From positions 1 through 64,000 of the forward strand of contig FLMG01001356.1 in assembly GCA_900088475.1 (NCBI GenBank): a stretch of DNA of 64,000 bases, given 5' to 3'. A program made the position numbers and the translations under genes. How positions within the stretch are numbered: position 1 is the first letter of the stretch; each line of letters starts with the position of its first letter. Origin of the DNA: Hyphochytrium catenoides. Lineage: Eukaryota; Protista; Hyphochytriomycota. Below are positions 1 through 11,800 of the stretch, piece after piece. The notes below the pieces were generated by a model. The model saw only the letters and a program-made list of their open reading frames with translations. It was not told where the DNA came from and ran no database searches.

Positions 1-2
1 TG

Positions 3-330
3 GCTCGCATGATTGCCTTGAAGAAGAACAGGATCGACGCATCGTATGACTTTGAAGACTTCTAGACGGAAGTGTCGTTGGATGACAAGATGGAGATGTT
101 TCACCAAAGCATTATTATGAATGCTGATGAAGCAACGTTCTAATCATCATGCTCACCACGGTTTTTCATGAAATACACACATCGCCGAGTTTCAAAAGGT
201 GACCACCTCTATTCCCGTTGTCAGAAGCGACGAGATCAGTTATTATGGAACAGCCTTGATGTTATGAATTCAGATAAATGCGTGCCAGGTGTCCATGTCC
301 AGATTGCGGTATACTCAGTATATTCGGACT
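3..330 (+). mobile_element. Possible decayed DDE (pogo/Tc1-mariner-like) transposase fragment
   Basis: Frame 3 reads ARMIALKKNRIDASYDFEDF*TEVSLDDKMEMFHQSIIMNADEATF*. IMNADE resembles the first catalytic-Asp motif (IxNxDET) of pogo-type transposases. Interrupted by stops and next to dispersed repeats. Confidence 0.3.
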
Positions 331-534
331 GGTGCGTGCCTTCTTCTACTGGCTGCACTAATCGTCGGGGCTCGGTGTCTGCAAATGCACTGTACCGGTT
401 GGCCCCCTACCTCTTTGTTCGCAAGCAGCTCTTCTTGCGGTTGAGCGGAGCCTGCAGCCATCAGCCGTCACTCACTTTAGGGTGGATGGGTGGTGCAAAT
501 AGTAGGGGGGGCTACTGTAGGTTATGTTATTCTA

Positions 535-781
535 AGAAAAAGAGAGGAGTCACAAGCAATCATCATCACCCGATCACACTAAGGCGATCGAAAGATGGTG
601 AGGAGAAGTACCATCAACATCGACCAGAAGAGGAAGAGAAGAAGAAGAAAGAAGAGGAGGAGGAGAACAAGAACAAGAAGGAGGAGGGACGGGAGGCAGA
701 TCATCTGCGTCAACAACAACACCATCACCAGTGAATGACGACGGAAAATAGTCCAATCGCTTCCGATCAGCCTCAGAAGAC
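535..781 (+). repeat. Dispersed repeat, element 1, copy A
   Basis: agagaggagtcacaagcaatcatcatcacccgatcacactaaggcgatcgaaag...(GAA-rich)...ccaatcgcttccgatcagcctcagaaga; homologous to 1198-1357 (direct) and 61331-61590 (inverted). Confidence 0.9.
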
Positions 782-846
782 CTTTTTTGGTATTTGTTTT
801 CTTTTATTGTTGACTTTGTTTGAATTGATGTGGCCTTTATTATGAA

Positions 847-913
847 GAAAATTAGTAGAGAGTGTGAAATCGACTACTGTTTGAAGAAGATGAAAGAAGC
901 AAATATGTACTAC
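847..913 (+). repeat. Dispersed repeat, element 2, copy A
   Basis: gaaaatta...gagtg...gactactgtttgaagaaga...tatgtactac matches the reverse complement of 62173-62240. Confidence 0.65.
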
Positions 914-1197
914 GTGTTTTATAAATCGTTATGTATGTTACACAGAAAAAACAGAAAGAAGAATAGTCTTCTTCCACCATGGATTATATAGTAGAGGATG
1001 CACCAACAAGAAGCAGCAGCAAGCAGCAGGCTGCATGGCCAAGTGACGAAGAATAGCTGAGGGCAAAGATAGTAGAGACAGCAGAAGAAGAAGACCGACA
1101 GACGCTGTCAATAATATAACAACGATGATCAGTAGCAAGCGCGCTACGGGCTGGAGGAAGATAAACAAACAAGCATCGATTACCCAAAAATAAGAGA

Positions 1198-1357
1198 CGT
1201 TATTCTAATTTTATAAAAGAAAAAGAGAGGAGTTACAAACAATCTTCATCCGATCACACCACTAAGGCGATCGAAAGGTGATGAGGGGAACTACCATCAA
1301 TATCGACCAGAAGAGGAAGAGAAGAAGAAGAAAGAAGAGAAGAAGAAGAAAGAAGAG
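1198..1357 (+). repeat. Dispersed repeat, element 1, copy B (truncated)
   Basis: Near-copy of about 525-655, including cgatcacaccactaaggcgatcgaaag and taccatcaatatcgaccagaagaggaagagaagaagaag. Confidence 0.9.
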
Positions 1358-1500
1358 TTGCAGATGCAGACTGACTGAACTGTACCTCCCCAGTACCTTC
1401 CTCTTCCATGGGGTTTGAAGACCCAAGAGCTCTAATTGAGGCTTACGCCAGGGACGAGTTATAAAGACTCCTAGATAGAGCTCCAGGTATAACGGACACC

Positions 1501-4500
1501 ATGGACAGCATAGCCTTTGACCCTGGCAAATGGAGGATAGCGGAGGATGGTCGTATGTTCCGCTTTGGTCGCATCAAGTACGCTTGTTCTTCTCTTGCCT
1601 CAGTCTAGCGCTGTCCTTGCTGTCTCATGATTAATCATGTGTGTCTCTCCCTTGTACCGGAATCTCAACACAATCGCTACGATACTGGCGGTTGTGCCTG
1701 AAAGATACTCAAACGGTGACGAATACATCGGGGAATGGCTGAACAATAAGCGGTGTGGCAGAGGGACGTACATCTATGGCAATGGTAAGCAGGGATGCTC
1801 TGCAGTCAATGAAGATTGTGTCTTTCCTCCCCCTATCTTCCGGCCATACGTTCCTCACTGTCTCGCCCTGGTGTCGGTCGGTCTAATATACTCTGCAGGG
1901 GATAAGTTTGTGGGAGAGTTTGACGACGATGGCCTGCATACAAATTACGGTGTGCTGACCAAGGCAGACTTCTATGATGCGCTGAGCGGCAAGCTATTTC
2001 GGGGTCAGAAGTATGAGGTGAGGTAGAAGAGAGCGATATTATGAGATGACATTCTGACTGCAGAGCTCTAGGGTCACTTTCACAAGGGAAAGAAGCACGG
2101 TCACGGCGTTTTCGTGGTGGGCAATGGGGACATCTACGAGGGCGAGTACGTCTAATGACCTCTTTCTGGTTCGCCTGTTTGCTTTTTATACGCTCCTACC
2201 AATGTCTTCTTTGTCTTAAGAGCTTTTGGTTCTTATTTACTCGTCTGGCTATTTTGCCTGTCGTGAACCTCTGGTTCTACCTCCTTTCCAAATCTCTGTT
2301 ATTAGATGGTGTCTTTTTGTTGTCTCTGTTCCGGAGAATGGCAATCTCTTTTCCTCTTACAACGCACCCCCCAAATCCTGCTGAAGGTTCCAATTTGAGC
2401 TCTATCATGGTCAAGGCAGTCTAACACGGGGCGACGGCTCTCGTTATGTGGGTCAATGGGTCAAAGGCAAGCGGCAAGGCAAGGGCGAGCTCTTCCTTCC
2501 CAATGCAGAGAGATACTGCGGAGAAGTAAGCGCGTGCCTTGGTCCCAACGTCTCTCCTCTTGCTCCACTACTTCTATTCTTCTTCTTTTTAACTACTCTC
2601 CTGGATTCCCGGGTACAGTTTGAAGCAGACAAGTTCCATGGCCAAGGTTCTTATACCTGGAGTCGGTCTCGTGAGTCATACATCGGTAAGCGCCTTCGTT
2701 AAGGCCTCTTCTCGTGTGCACATCATCGCCTCTAATAATGTTTGCGATACCCTTGATAACATATTGCTCTGTAACATCTACTAAAGCAGCGCCGTCCAGC
2801 CATCGATAGACCAAGTGGCCTCTCGACGGCGTGTTTGTGATTCTCTCTTGCTCCCTATGATCTCACAAAGCTCTCTCTGGACCTGTTAGGAGACTACCGA
2901 AAGGGAAAAAGACAGGGGCGTGGTGTGCGAATGTTCAGCGACGGAAGCAAGTATGAAGGGCAGTGGGAGCAGGATCAGATGCATGGAGAGGGCATCATGT
3001 CATATGCAAAAGGGGACGTTTATGCGGGACAGGTTCGACACTTTGAACCTTCCGCCCATTGATGTCCTCTTTCCATCGGTTGTTCCTTTTAGCTCTCTGT
3101 GCATCCTTCCCTCACCGACCTTTCTCCTTCTCCGAGCACCCGACCTCCTTCATGATCTCTTTTCAATTTGTTCGGATGTGTTTTCTCTATTCACTCCTCT
3201 CTCAAGTCTTATACTTGGACTTCGTTCGTCATATAGTGCCGATGCGAAGCTTTACCGTGGTTGGAAGGAGTTCCTCTATTCCTCTATGGCTGGTTCCGTC
3301 TCCTTATCACGCTGCTCTCCCTCTACCTCGTCGTTGTCTCAACCCTCTCACCGCTTTTGTCTGTTTGGCGTGTCAATTTTCTGTCGATCCCATAACGCTC
3401 GTTTCGGGTAGTGGAAGGCTGGCTTTCCTGATGGGGTGGGTGTCTTCAGCTATAAGAATGGAGACAAGTTTAGCGGTAACTTTAGCCAAGGCATCATTCA
3501 CGGAAAGGGGAAGTATATATATAAGGATAATGGTAAGGTGAGAGTAGGAAGTAGACAAGAATGTAGCTACATAAACCTACAATCTTTAGTGACTAGAGGG
3601 CAAAGCGAGGGAATTATGATGCAAAGGTAGACCGAAAAGGCCAAATAGTTGAAGAGAGAAGAGCCAAAGATATATACCTGGATATCCTTGTATACTCACT
3701 TGAGCTGTCCTTACCGTAGGCTTCTACGAGGGCGAGTTCTTAGCTTCTAACGAAAGGAACGGAGTATCAAGGCCCAAAGTCGATGGTACTTCCCCATCAG
3801 TTCTCAGCTTCCTCATCAGCTTTACCTCCTTTGCTCTGCTTCTCACGACGCCGTTTCGTATCTCTCGGCAAGGCAAGAGGCATGGGAAAGGGAAGAGAGT
3901 ATGGGGCAATGGTAATTATTATGAAGGAGAGTGGCAAGATGGAGACATGCACGGACAGGGCAGATTTGTGACCTCTGGCGGCCTCGAATACGACGTAAGT
4001 GCCTTACTTCAGCTAAGCACACATGAACTTCCTCGTTTATTCGGAGAGGAGTATGAATGCGTTGGGATTATGACTCTGGGGAACCGCCATACAATGAAGG
4101 GATTTAGCAATTTCGAGTAGAGGAGACCTTAAAAACTGCGGTGGGATATCACGTGTGAAGCATAAGTGGCCCAGGGCCATCCAAAGACAACCCATGCAAG
4201 GGAGAAAAGTGAGGGAAGAGGATGGCGTTCAACGTTTAGATTAAAGTCTAACTTGCTTGAGACAACCATAGGGCGCATTTCGTCACTCTCGCCGAAGTGG
4301 CTATGGGAAGCTTGTGGCAGGGAACATGGAAGGACAGAGATACGAATTCCCCCCCGGTAGCGGCATTTATATGCCAGGTAATAGCTAAGGACCTTTACGT
4401 CATTGCCTTTTCTGTCCCTTGTGACCTCTAATCCTCTCAGATTGCTACGTGTCTATCGCTCACTCACTCCTTTCTTCAAGCACCTACTTGCCCTCAGCAG

Positions 4501-5710
4501 TAGTCTCTCTTTCCATTTATTTGCCTCTTTTGGGTGCAGTTGGCTCTGTATTTGTAGCTATTTTGAAGCGGGACATCTGTCTCCTGGCCCTGAGAGCTTG
4601 TTACTTTACCCGTGAACCTTGCCATAAAAGATGACTCCTGGTCATGAAATATTCTTCGTACTACCTATTGGCTAACTGACGGAACCAGGTCGTGGATTCT
4701 CTTCCTATCAAGGGGATTGGAAGCTTGACCTCATGGACGGCCATGGACGCTTGCAGTGGGAGGATGGCACAGAATATGAGGGACAATTCCTGAGAGGTAC
4801 CGCGGCAGTCCCACTCTGGCTTTTGCTTTCTCCATCAAATGACCTCTCCTATTATTCGGTCTCCCTCCACTGAAGCCGCTGGCCCTTCTCCCATAAGCTA
4901 AAATAGATTCTCTTTCTGTCTCTTCAAGTTTCTGTCAGCCGTACTTCTTATTATCACACTGCGCCTCCTACCATTCTGTTATCTCATGTGCAATTTGCGA
5001 TACTCACCCCTTACAACGGTTAAGGGAAAAAGCATGGTTTGGGGAAAGAGATTCTGGTTCCTAGGCGTGACAGACCAAGGGACCTTGAGATTAAGGATAG
5101 GTTTCCTTTGGGAGGGGTCGATGGACTGTACCGGTACTACAAATACGAGGGAGAATATCGAGAGGGTGAGAGAGAAGGAAGAGGAAGCGTCTATTATTGC
5201 AACGGGGACTGTGTTATCGGACTCTTCCAAGGCGGAAGGCTTGAAGGAGAAGCTAGGTATATCTTTGCCTCCACAGGGCGGTCGCGCCACGGTAAGCTCC
5301 AGATGTTCTGCAATTCTTGCTACCTTCATGTACCGCAATCTCAGGGATATGATCTGAGTTTGACATTTCTCGCCTTGGCAGTTGCTTGCCGGCCTCTGCC
5401 TGCCTTTTGAGTTGCCGCGACCTCTTCTAGTCCCCGCTGCTCGAGCGCCACCGCGACGGAACCTCAACACTCGCTTCTTCCCATTCTGGCTTTGCTAAAG
5501 GGCTAAGTTGTTATATAGGTATCTGGCTCAGAGGAAAGCGTCTGAAGTGGCTGGACAGCAGGGAGGAAGAGGAGAGACAAGCGAAGCTCCTTAAGGAAGA
5601 GAACGTTGGGCAGGTTACAGGGACTTTCCTCAATGTGCTTAAGGGTGAAGAGATACCGAGCGAGTCGCTTCGAAGGCAAAGAATGAGTTTTAGTGCCGTC
5701 GTCCTCGCTT
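1501..5710 (+). CDS. MORN-repeat protein, about 14 exons
   Basis: Spliced exons give many MORN units (YSNGDEYIGEWLNNKRCGRGTYIY, GDIYEGEF, GSKYEGQWEQDQMHGEG, GNYYEGEWQDGDMHGQG) with phase-consistent GT-AG introns; ends ...SFSAVVLA-TAG 5710. Start at 1501, or at 1408 if the TAA at 1462 is a lesion. Confidence 0.9.
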
Positions 5711-5802
5711 AGCCTGTACATTTTGGACGACGGCTTTGCAGCAGCTCACCATGGGCAAACCCTTCCTAATATACTTCTAATGCAGAAATAAATCATGGAC
5801 TG

Positions 5803-8800
5803 CTATGATTCCAATGGGTCATCAGTCCTCGACTTCTTCATTGGTCTCGACTCGCTCAGATCAATGCCTTCAGGTAGGTCATGCCTTCGCGGTTGACCTC
5901 CATTATCCCACGTAGGAATGGTGGCAGGCTCGGAGTGGTTTCTAGACTCCGCATGGAACACTGAGGGCAGGCCAGCTAGCTTCTCTGAGAAGAGTTTTCG
6001 GTGACCGGCAACATTCAAAGAAGTCAAACAGGGGTCTGACAGGGCTTCCCGGGCAGAAATCCTGCAGAATGAGTTACCCGGGGGAGAAAGAGATTAGGCC
6101 TACCTTACACATTTACATCATGGCGCAAAAGAAGCTGCACATCGTGCCATCACATGCAAAAGATAGAAAATTCTCGCTAGGACAATGAAAGCAAGCAGCC
6201 TCTTGAATGGCTCCTGAAGGCGGCTGAGCAGAGAAACAGTGGAAGCCCGAGTGCACAGGAGGAGAGCAAGTAAGAGAGACAGAGAGACCGTCTGTTGGAC
6301 GAGAGGGAGGAGCTACCTCTTTGAAGGGTCCAGCTGCAGAAAGTTGCTAAGAAGCTCCAGGCACTCTAGATCTATCTCAGGAGCTTTCTCTAGTATTCGC
6401 TTGGAAAAGTTGGAAGAGTATTTCTGGGATGGTGCTAACTTACCATACAGTGGCAGACTTGTGCCTTTGGGCCATCTACATGTGCAACGAGAAGCAAAAG
6501 CAACATTGGTTTGCCATACAATGGAAAGAACGCAGGGTCTCAGGTTTAGAACTTGTTTTGTCGGTACCCTAGGGAGTACCAACGCTGATCAATGGTGGGC
6601 ACTTTGAAGCTCGTGCTTTCAGAACCACGAGTTCCTTCAGTCAACAAATACTCCGTAGCATCGCACTTACAGCTTGGCTGATGGGCTGCCACAGATTCTA
6701 AAGATATGATCCAGCTGTGAGCGCGGGTCCCTAGCTCTGAAGAGAGGCTTGCCAAGAAGAAGATACGCAAACAAGCAACCCACTTGCCAGAGATCGTTTT
6801 CAGGGACCGCATCACGCAACTACATCATATATAAAGTAATGCATGGGTGTGACAGGAGAGGGCCCAAGCCAGCAAGCATATTAGCCAGGAAGATGGAAGG
6901 GACACAACCCACACAGCAACAACACGAGTCAGCAGCTAGAGAAGACTAGTCCAGCCTGGGACAAAGGAGTGGGACCTTTGATAAAAATATAAATAACGGA
7001 AGGAGCAAAGCGACTGAATTGCCTTACCCCTAGCAAGACTTCTGGAGGCACTGTAGTCAAGCTGCCGGAGGCAGCGAGCTTGCTAAGCTCTGCCTGAGAA
7101 AAGGAACCATCCGGCTTCTTACTGTACTCTTCTATCACTTTGTTATACGAGCCCAGCGACGCCTTTGATCGCTCAAACCCACCCAGAATGGTGAAACCTT
7201 GCCGAGCCAGGAACACTGAAGAGGGATACCGTCAGAGGAAGGAAATGCGACAGTCATGCGCTGAAACGGAGCTACTCAACTGGCACACGGTCGGGACTGA
7301 AATGACAAAAGGAAAGGAAAGTCGTGGTAGGGGGTGCGGACAAGCGAAATAAAGGCAACAGTACTGGCGGATCACAGCGGAGATCTCGTTACAGTCAGAG
7401 TCACGAGGACGCACTGAAACCAGGAGCGAAGCTGAGAAAGAGTGCGTCCAGCAGGGGAGGAATGGATCAAGGCTACATGGCAGAATACCTTTCGAGGTCT
7501 TGATGTTCCTATGGACTATTTGCCTAGAGTGCGCGGCTCTTACCGCCTGCAACACGTCGTAAACGATCAGCTTGGCATCCTCTACCGAGAGCTTTAACGG
7601 GCTCGTCAGCACCGCAGCCAGATCGTAAGCAGGGGCTTTGAAGACTAGGTAGCCATCCAGAGAGAGTGGAGCTCGACTAGTGCTGTTTGCGGAAGAAGAG
7701 GAAGGAATGCTTAAAGGTTGCGCCTTGAGGAACTCCTTCTGAATGACAACGCCCAGGAGCTCAGGCGTGAAGGAACTTGCTGGTCCGCTTTGCATCTGCT
7801 GCACCGATGCAAGTTCCTAGCAGGTCAGATAGACCGGAGAAACTGGTAAGGATAGCGCCTACCATGTATGACAATCTAACAGGCTCACTCTTACGTATAC
7901 ATACGCCTACTACATCTTGACCTTGCATAACAGGAAATATGGGGTGTCGCGATTGCGAAAGGTTGTCTTACCTGTAACGCCGTAGAAGAGAGCCCAGCTT
8001 CGCCCCTGGTACCCTCTTTCTGAGGCCACCGCTGCAAAAGCACACCTTCGCCCTCTTGGAGCTTGATGTTCAAGCTTACACTATCTCCTAAGAAACTTCC
8101 AGNNNNNNNNNNNNNNNNNNNNNNNNNNNNNNNNNNNNNNNNNNNNNNNNNCTTCTTCAATCAACTATTTTACCAAGACGAAAACAAGAAAAGCTGCAAG
8201 CATACATGGACTTTGACTGTTCTTGATGCTGCTGCCCGTCCCAATTGTTGGTGGATCAGGTAGAGGTGTTCCGAGCCAACTCTGCTTCCGACAAATAAGG
8301 CCCGCAAAATAGTGGATTCATTGATTATGTGACACGGTAGAACCAGGTAGCAGGAGAAAGGTAAAGGGTTTACTTCACTTGATGAAAGGGTCAAATGCGC
8401 AATCAAGACACGAGTAGGTGCACCAACCTCAACAATCCTCTGCAGCTCGCTACCATCCACCTTAGATTCCAAGCTAGTACCCCGCTTGTCTTGGTCCCTT
8501 AGGACCATCTTCCAAGCCTGGACACATTCCTTATCTTTTTCTGCGCTCAACTCGAGCCAGTAGGGTCGCGAAGGGCTATCGTTCGCGAGAGTTGTGCAAT
8601 ACGCAGCTGAGGCTATGAGAAGACATGCTAGAACGTTTGCGTCGGGAGGGAACAGGAGCCAAATGGGAGTCGTGGTCGATTCTTGGATGATGCGACGTGA
8701 TTCTTTTGTAACTGAATTTGGTGTCTGTGGTTGAAGGAGAAAAGGGTGAGAACAGTACTTAAAAAGGATCGCTGCAGGTGTTGTTGACAGAGTGCAGCGA

Positions 8801-11800
8801 GAACAATTGATGATGATGGTCAGGTATGAAGAGATAAGACGTGAAAGTCGGTGGTCTAGTCGCATGGGGAATTTGATAAAAGAGTCAGGAAAACTCAGAT
8901 GGTCACTTACAGTAGGATGCTGCGAGACGTAAGTGGATAAGAGATCAAAAGGATCCTCAAAATGAAGGTCAAAGCCAATCTGGAGACACAGTGCCTCTTC
9001 TGCGGAGCACACCTAGAAAAGCAGGTCAATAATTAGAAGCTATCTAGAACACCTAGAAAAGCAGGTCAATAATTAGAAGCTATCTAACTCTGTCTACCAC
9101 CGACTTTGCTTTTGATGTCCTAATAAACGCCTCATTTCTGGTCCCCTCTGGACTGAATCCCCCTCAGTCTGATCTTCTTAGTCCTTGTTGGTGACAGTCA
9201 CTGAAGCGGCTCAACAGCCTCAGCAAATCGGTCCTCTTTCACGTTCGGTTTTCTTTAGCGAGAGTCTAGTACCTGTTCCTCCCAGAGGTCACGCTGTTGG
9301 GCTTCCAAGAGTACCGACGCAACGTTGCTTCCCTGACTTGTTGTCGAAGAGTTTTGCGGTGTAGATAGCAAAGTCTTCACCTCCTTTTTCTTTCCCTTGA
9401 AGAGACTAGTTGTTAGAAGCACCAATAGACCAGCTACTGTCGTCGATTGGAACTGACTTCGGCCGTCTAGGCATCCTTCAATCTACACCGACCACCATCT
9501 GCAACCCACGTCCAACCCATCCCAGTTGGTGACGAGTAGAAACATACCTTGAGTTTGAGACAGATCGTCACCGAAGCCGCAGCAAAGGCCGGGAGGGTGG
9601 CTTCGACCACTGGCGCCAAGGCCCAGTTCCGCATAAGATAGAACATAGCTTGAGCACAAATGCTGCGATCCAGCTTCAGCTTGCTCGCAATCTAAACCAT
9701 AGTAGAACCTTTAGCACTCACGTAGCCTCATCACCTTCAAAAGACATGACTGCAAGAGAAAACAGCTCTAGTCTTTGACAGATAGAGTGATTCCAAGTTT
9801 AAGATACCGCAGTCAGGCGTTAGAGCACAATAAGTAAAAGCTTTGGACCTGCTTTACGGTCTTCAGAGCCCTCTTGAGAGGCGGACATTCACTTGACGAC
9901 GATGACATCGTCCGCATCAGAGGGCACCCAGCCATCTCTTCAACGGTGAAAATCCAAGAACCTATTGAACCAGTCACATGCTGCCTTCTCAGAACTGACG
10001 GCGCGAAGAGCGATGGTTAGCAAAAGTGACTAAGTGAACAAGGGCGTAGGACAAAGGGCTTTAAGAAAGGGTTACGCAATCACACTCTGGTGCGATACAG
10101 CATGACAATAAGACATAGCAAGATAAGGGGAAAGTAAAGGATACTCCTGGAAAGAACAAGATAAACGGAAACAAGAAGTACTACTAGAAGGAGATCGGTG
10201 CAAACTCTGAATGTGGAACTTGAACGGTTACTAGAGTGCTTTCAAGGCTGTGAATTGGAACACCTAAGACGGCCATCAGCGATAAATTGTAGACATACCT
10301 GGTACCTCTTGAGCTATCGCAACCTGTTGAGGGTCTGTAGCGTTGGGAGAAGCCTTAGGACTTGGCGGCGGGGGAGAGTTTGCAGGTGGTGTGCTTGCAT
10401 CCTCTTCCACACCCGCAATTTCCTCACTAGAGATGAGTTCGTCCATCGTTGTAAAATGAACTTTGATGTTGCGAGTGTGAAGCCGGCGGAAGTTAAGTGT
10501 GGACCGAACTCGATCTGGACCGCGGACGGACAAAGAAGAGAACTTAGCCAAAGCTAAAGAACGGGGGGTGAACGATACGATGAGTCTCCATGGTATACGA
10601 GACAGGAAAAAAAGGAAGCCGCAAGGGAAAGGAACATTGGCTGTTGTTTTAGAGGGCGCCACAGCGATGGACCCAGCAGCTAGGTAAATACAGACTATGC
10701 CTTCTTACCGGCCCCTTCAATGGTGGAAAAGGACATATAACCTCTACGGTCCTTGGTATCCTCCACTATGAAACACTTCTCGACATAGCCTAACCTACAT
10801 GAGGTATGAGTGCTTTTGGCACAGGCCTGCAGCGATGCCGAAGGAAGCACAAATCGGGCCGAAGAAGAGAGAAAGAAGGCGTATAATATAGACAGATCGG
10901 AATAACTCTGGAGCGTAAGGGTTGAGGGGAACGGAAAATTCCCGCATCAGTGAAGCGCAGAAAGTCCTATTGTATAGGCATTGGAAAAGCTAAAGAGGCT
11001 CACCTTATTACGAGATCTCTTAAATTTCTGGAGGTGACCGTGGGTGCTAGGTTGGTCACCTTCAGATATCGAGACTTCTGCTGAGCTTCTGATAGAGAGT
11101 TTCGCCGGTGAGTAGCTGGGCGAGGATTTTGGAAGAGAGGGGCAGCAGAGGAGGAAGGTATCACAGGAGTTTCTGCCTTTCTAAGGCGTCCCCAAACTTC
11201 CTCTGGGTCGTACTCCTTCTCAAGCCAGGACTGCTGAGTCGCCGCAGGCGCAAGCTAGAAGTGATTGATGTTAGTATAAATGGGGTCGATGTACGAGATA
11301 AAGAGTTTCCCGGTTACACGGCGCGACAGGATGTCTGAAGAAAGAGCCAGTCTATTTAGAACTGGTCGAGACCGCTACATACCTTAGGTATGGCAAATGT
11401 GTGGGAATCGACGGAATCCCCTTCCTTTCGTTCATGAAAGAGATGCCACACCTCGTTCGCCAATACTTCTTCTGTGGGCTTTTCCTCGACGCCTCCGTTG
11501 ACATCAGCGTACAAAAGCTGATGTTTACCGCTCTCCGGGTCAAAGCTACTCGAGATGTCAAGTGAGCGAGGGTGAAGCTACCCTTCTCTAGTAAGGAAGA
11601 GAGCCTAACCAACCTCAACACTTTGGCCTCATAATATGTTCTGTCCTCGGGCCAGAGAACGCGGATGAACCTGTTGACCAACGCTGGTCCTTCTTCATCT
11701 TCTCTGGGTCGTCTCCATACTCCTTCCAGATCACTTGTAAGGTTGGTCGCCATAGTATCATCATTGCTGGGATCCTGTCAGAGTCGTAGACGTCAGATAG

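Noticed and set aside
560-600. Hammerhead ribozyme in the repeat core (ctaaggcgatcgaaa)
   Set aside because: GAAA is present but the CUGANGA core is absent in all three copies.
168-734. 188-aa ORF and similar ORFs in CT/AG tracts (36517-36986, 46588-47085, 60396-60924, 61272-61549)
   Set aside because: Low-complexity translations of repeats and microsatellites.
7365-7431. Extra kinase exon (ASLLVSVRPRDSDC...)
   Set aside because: Its exit phase leads to a stop. A single intron 7488-7216 gives the correct catalytic-loop to DFG-position spacing.
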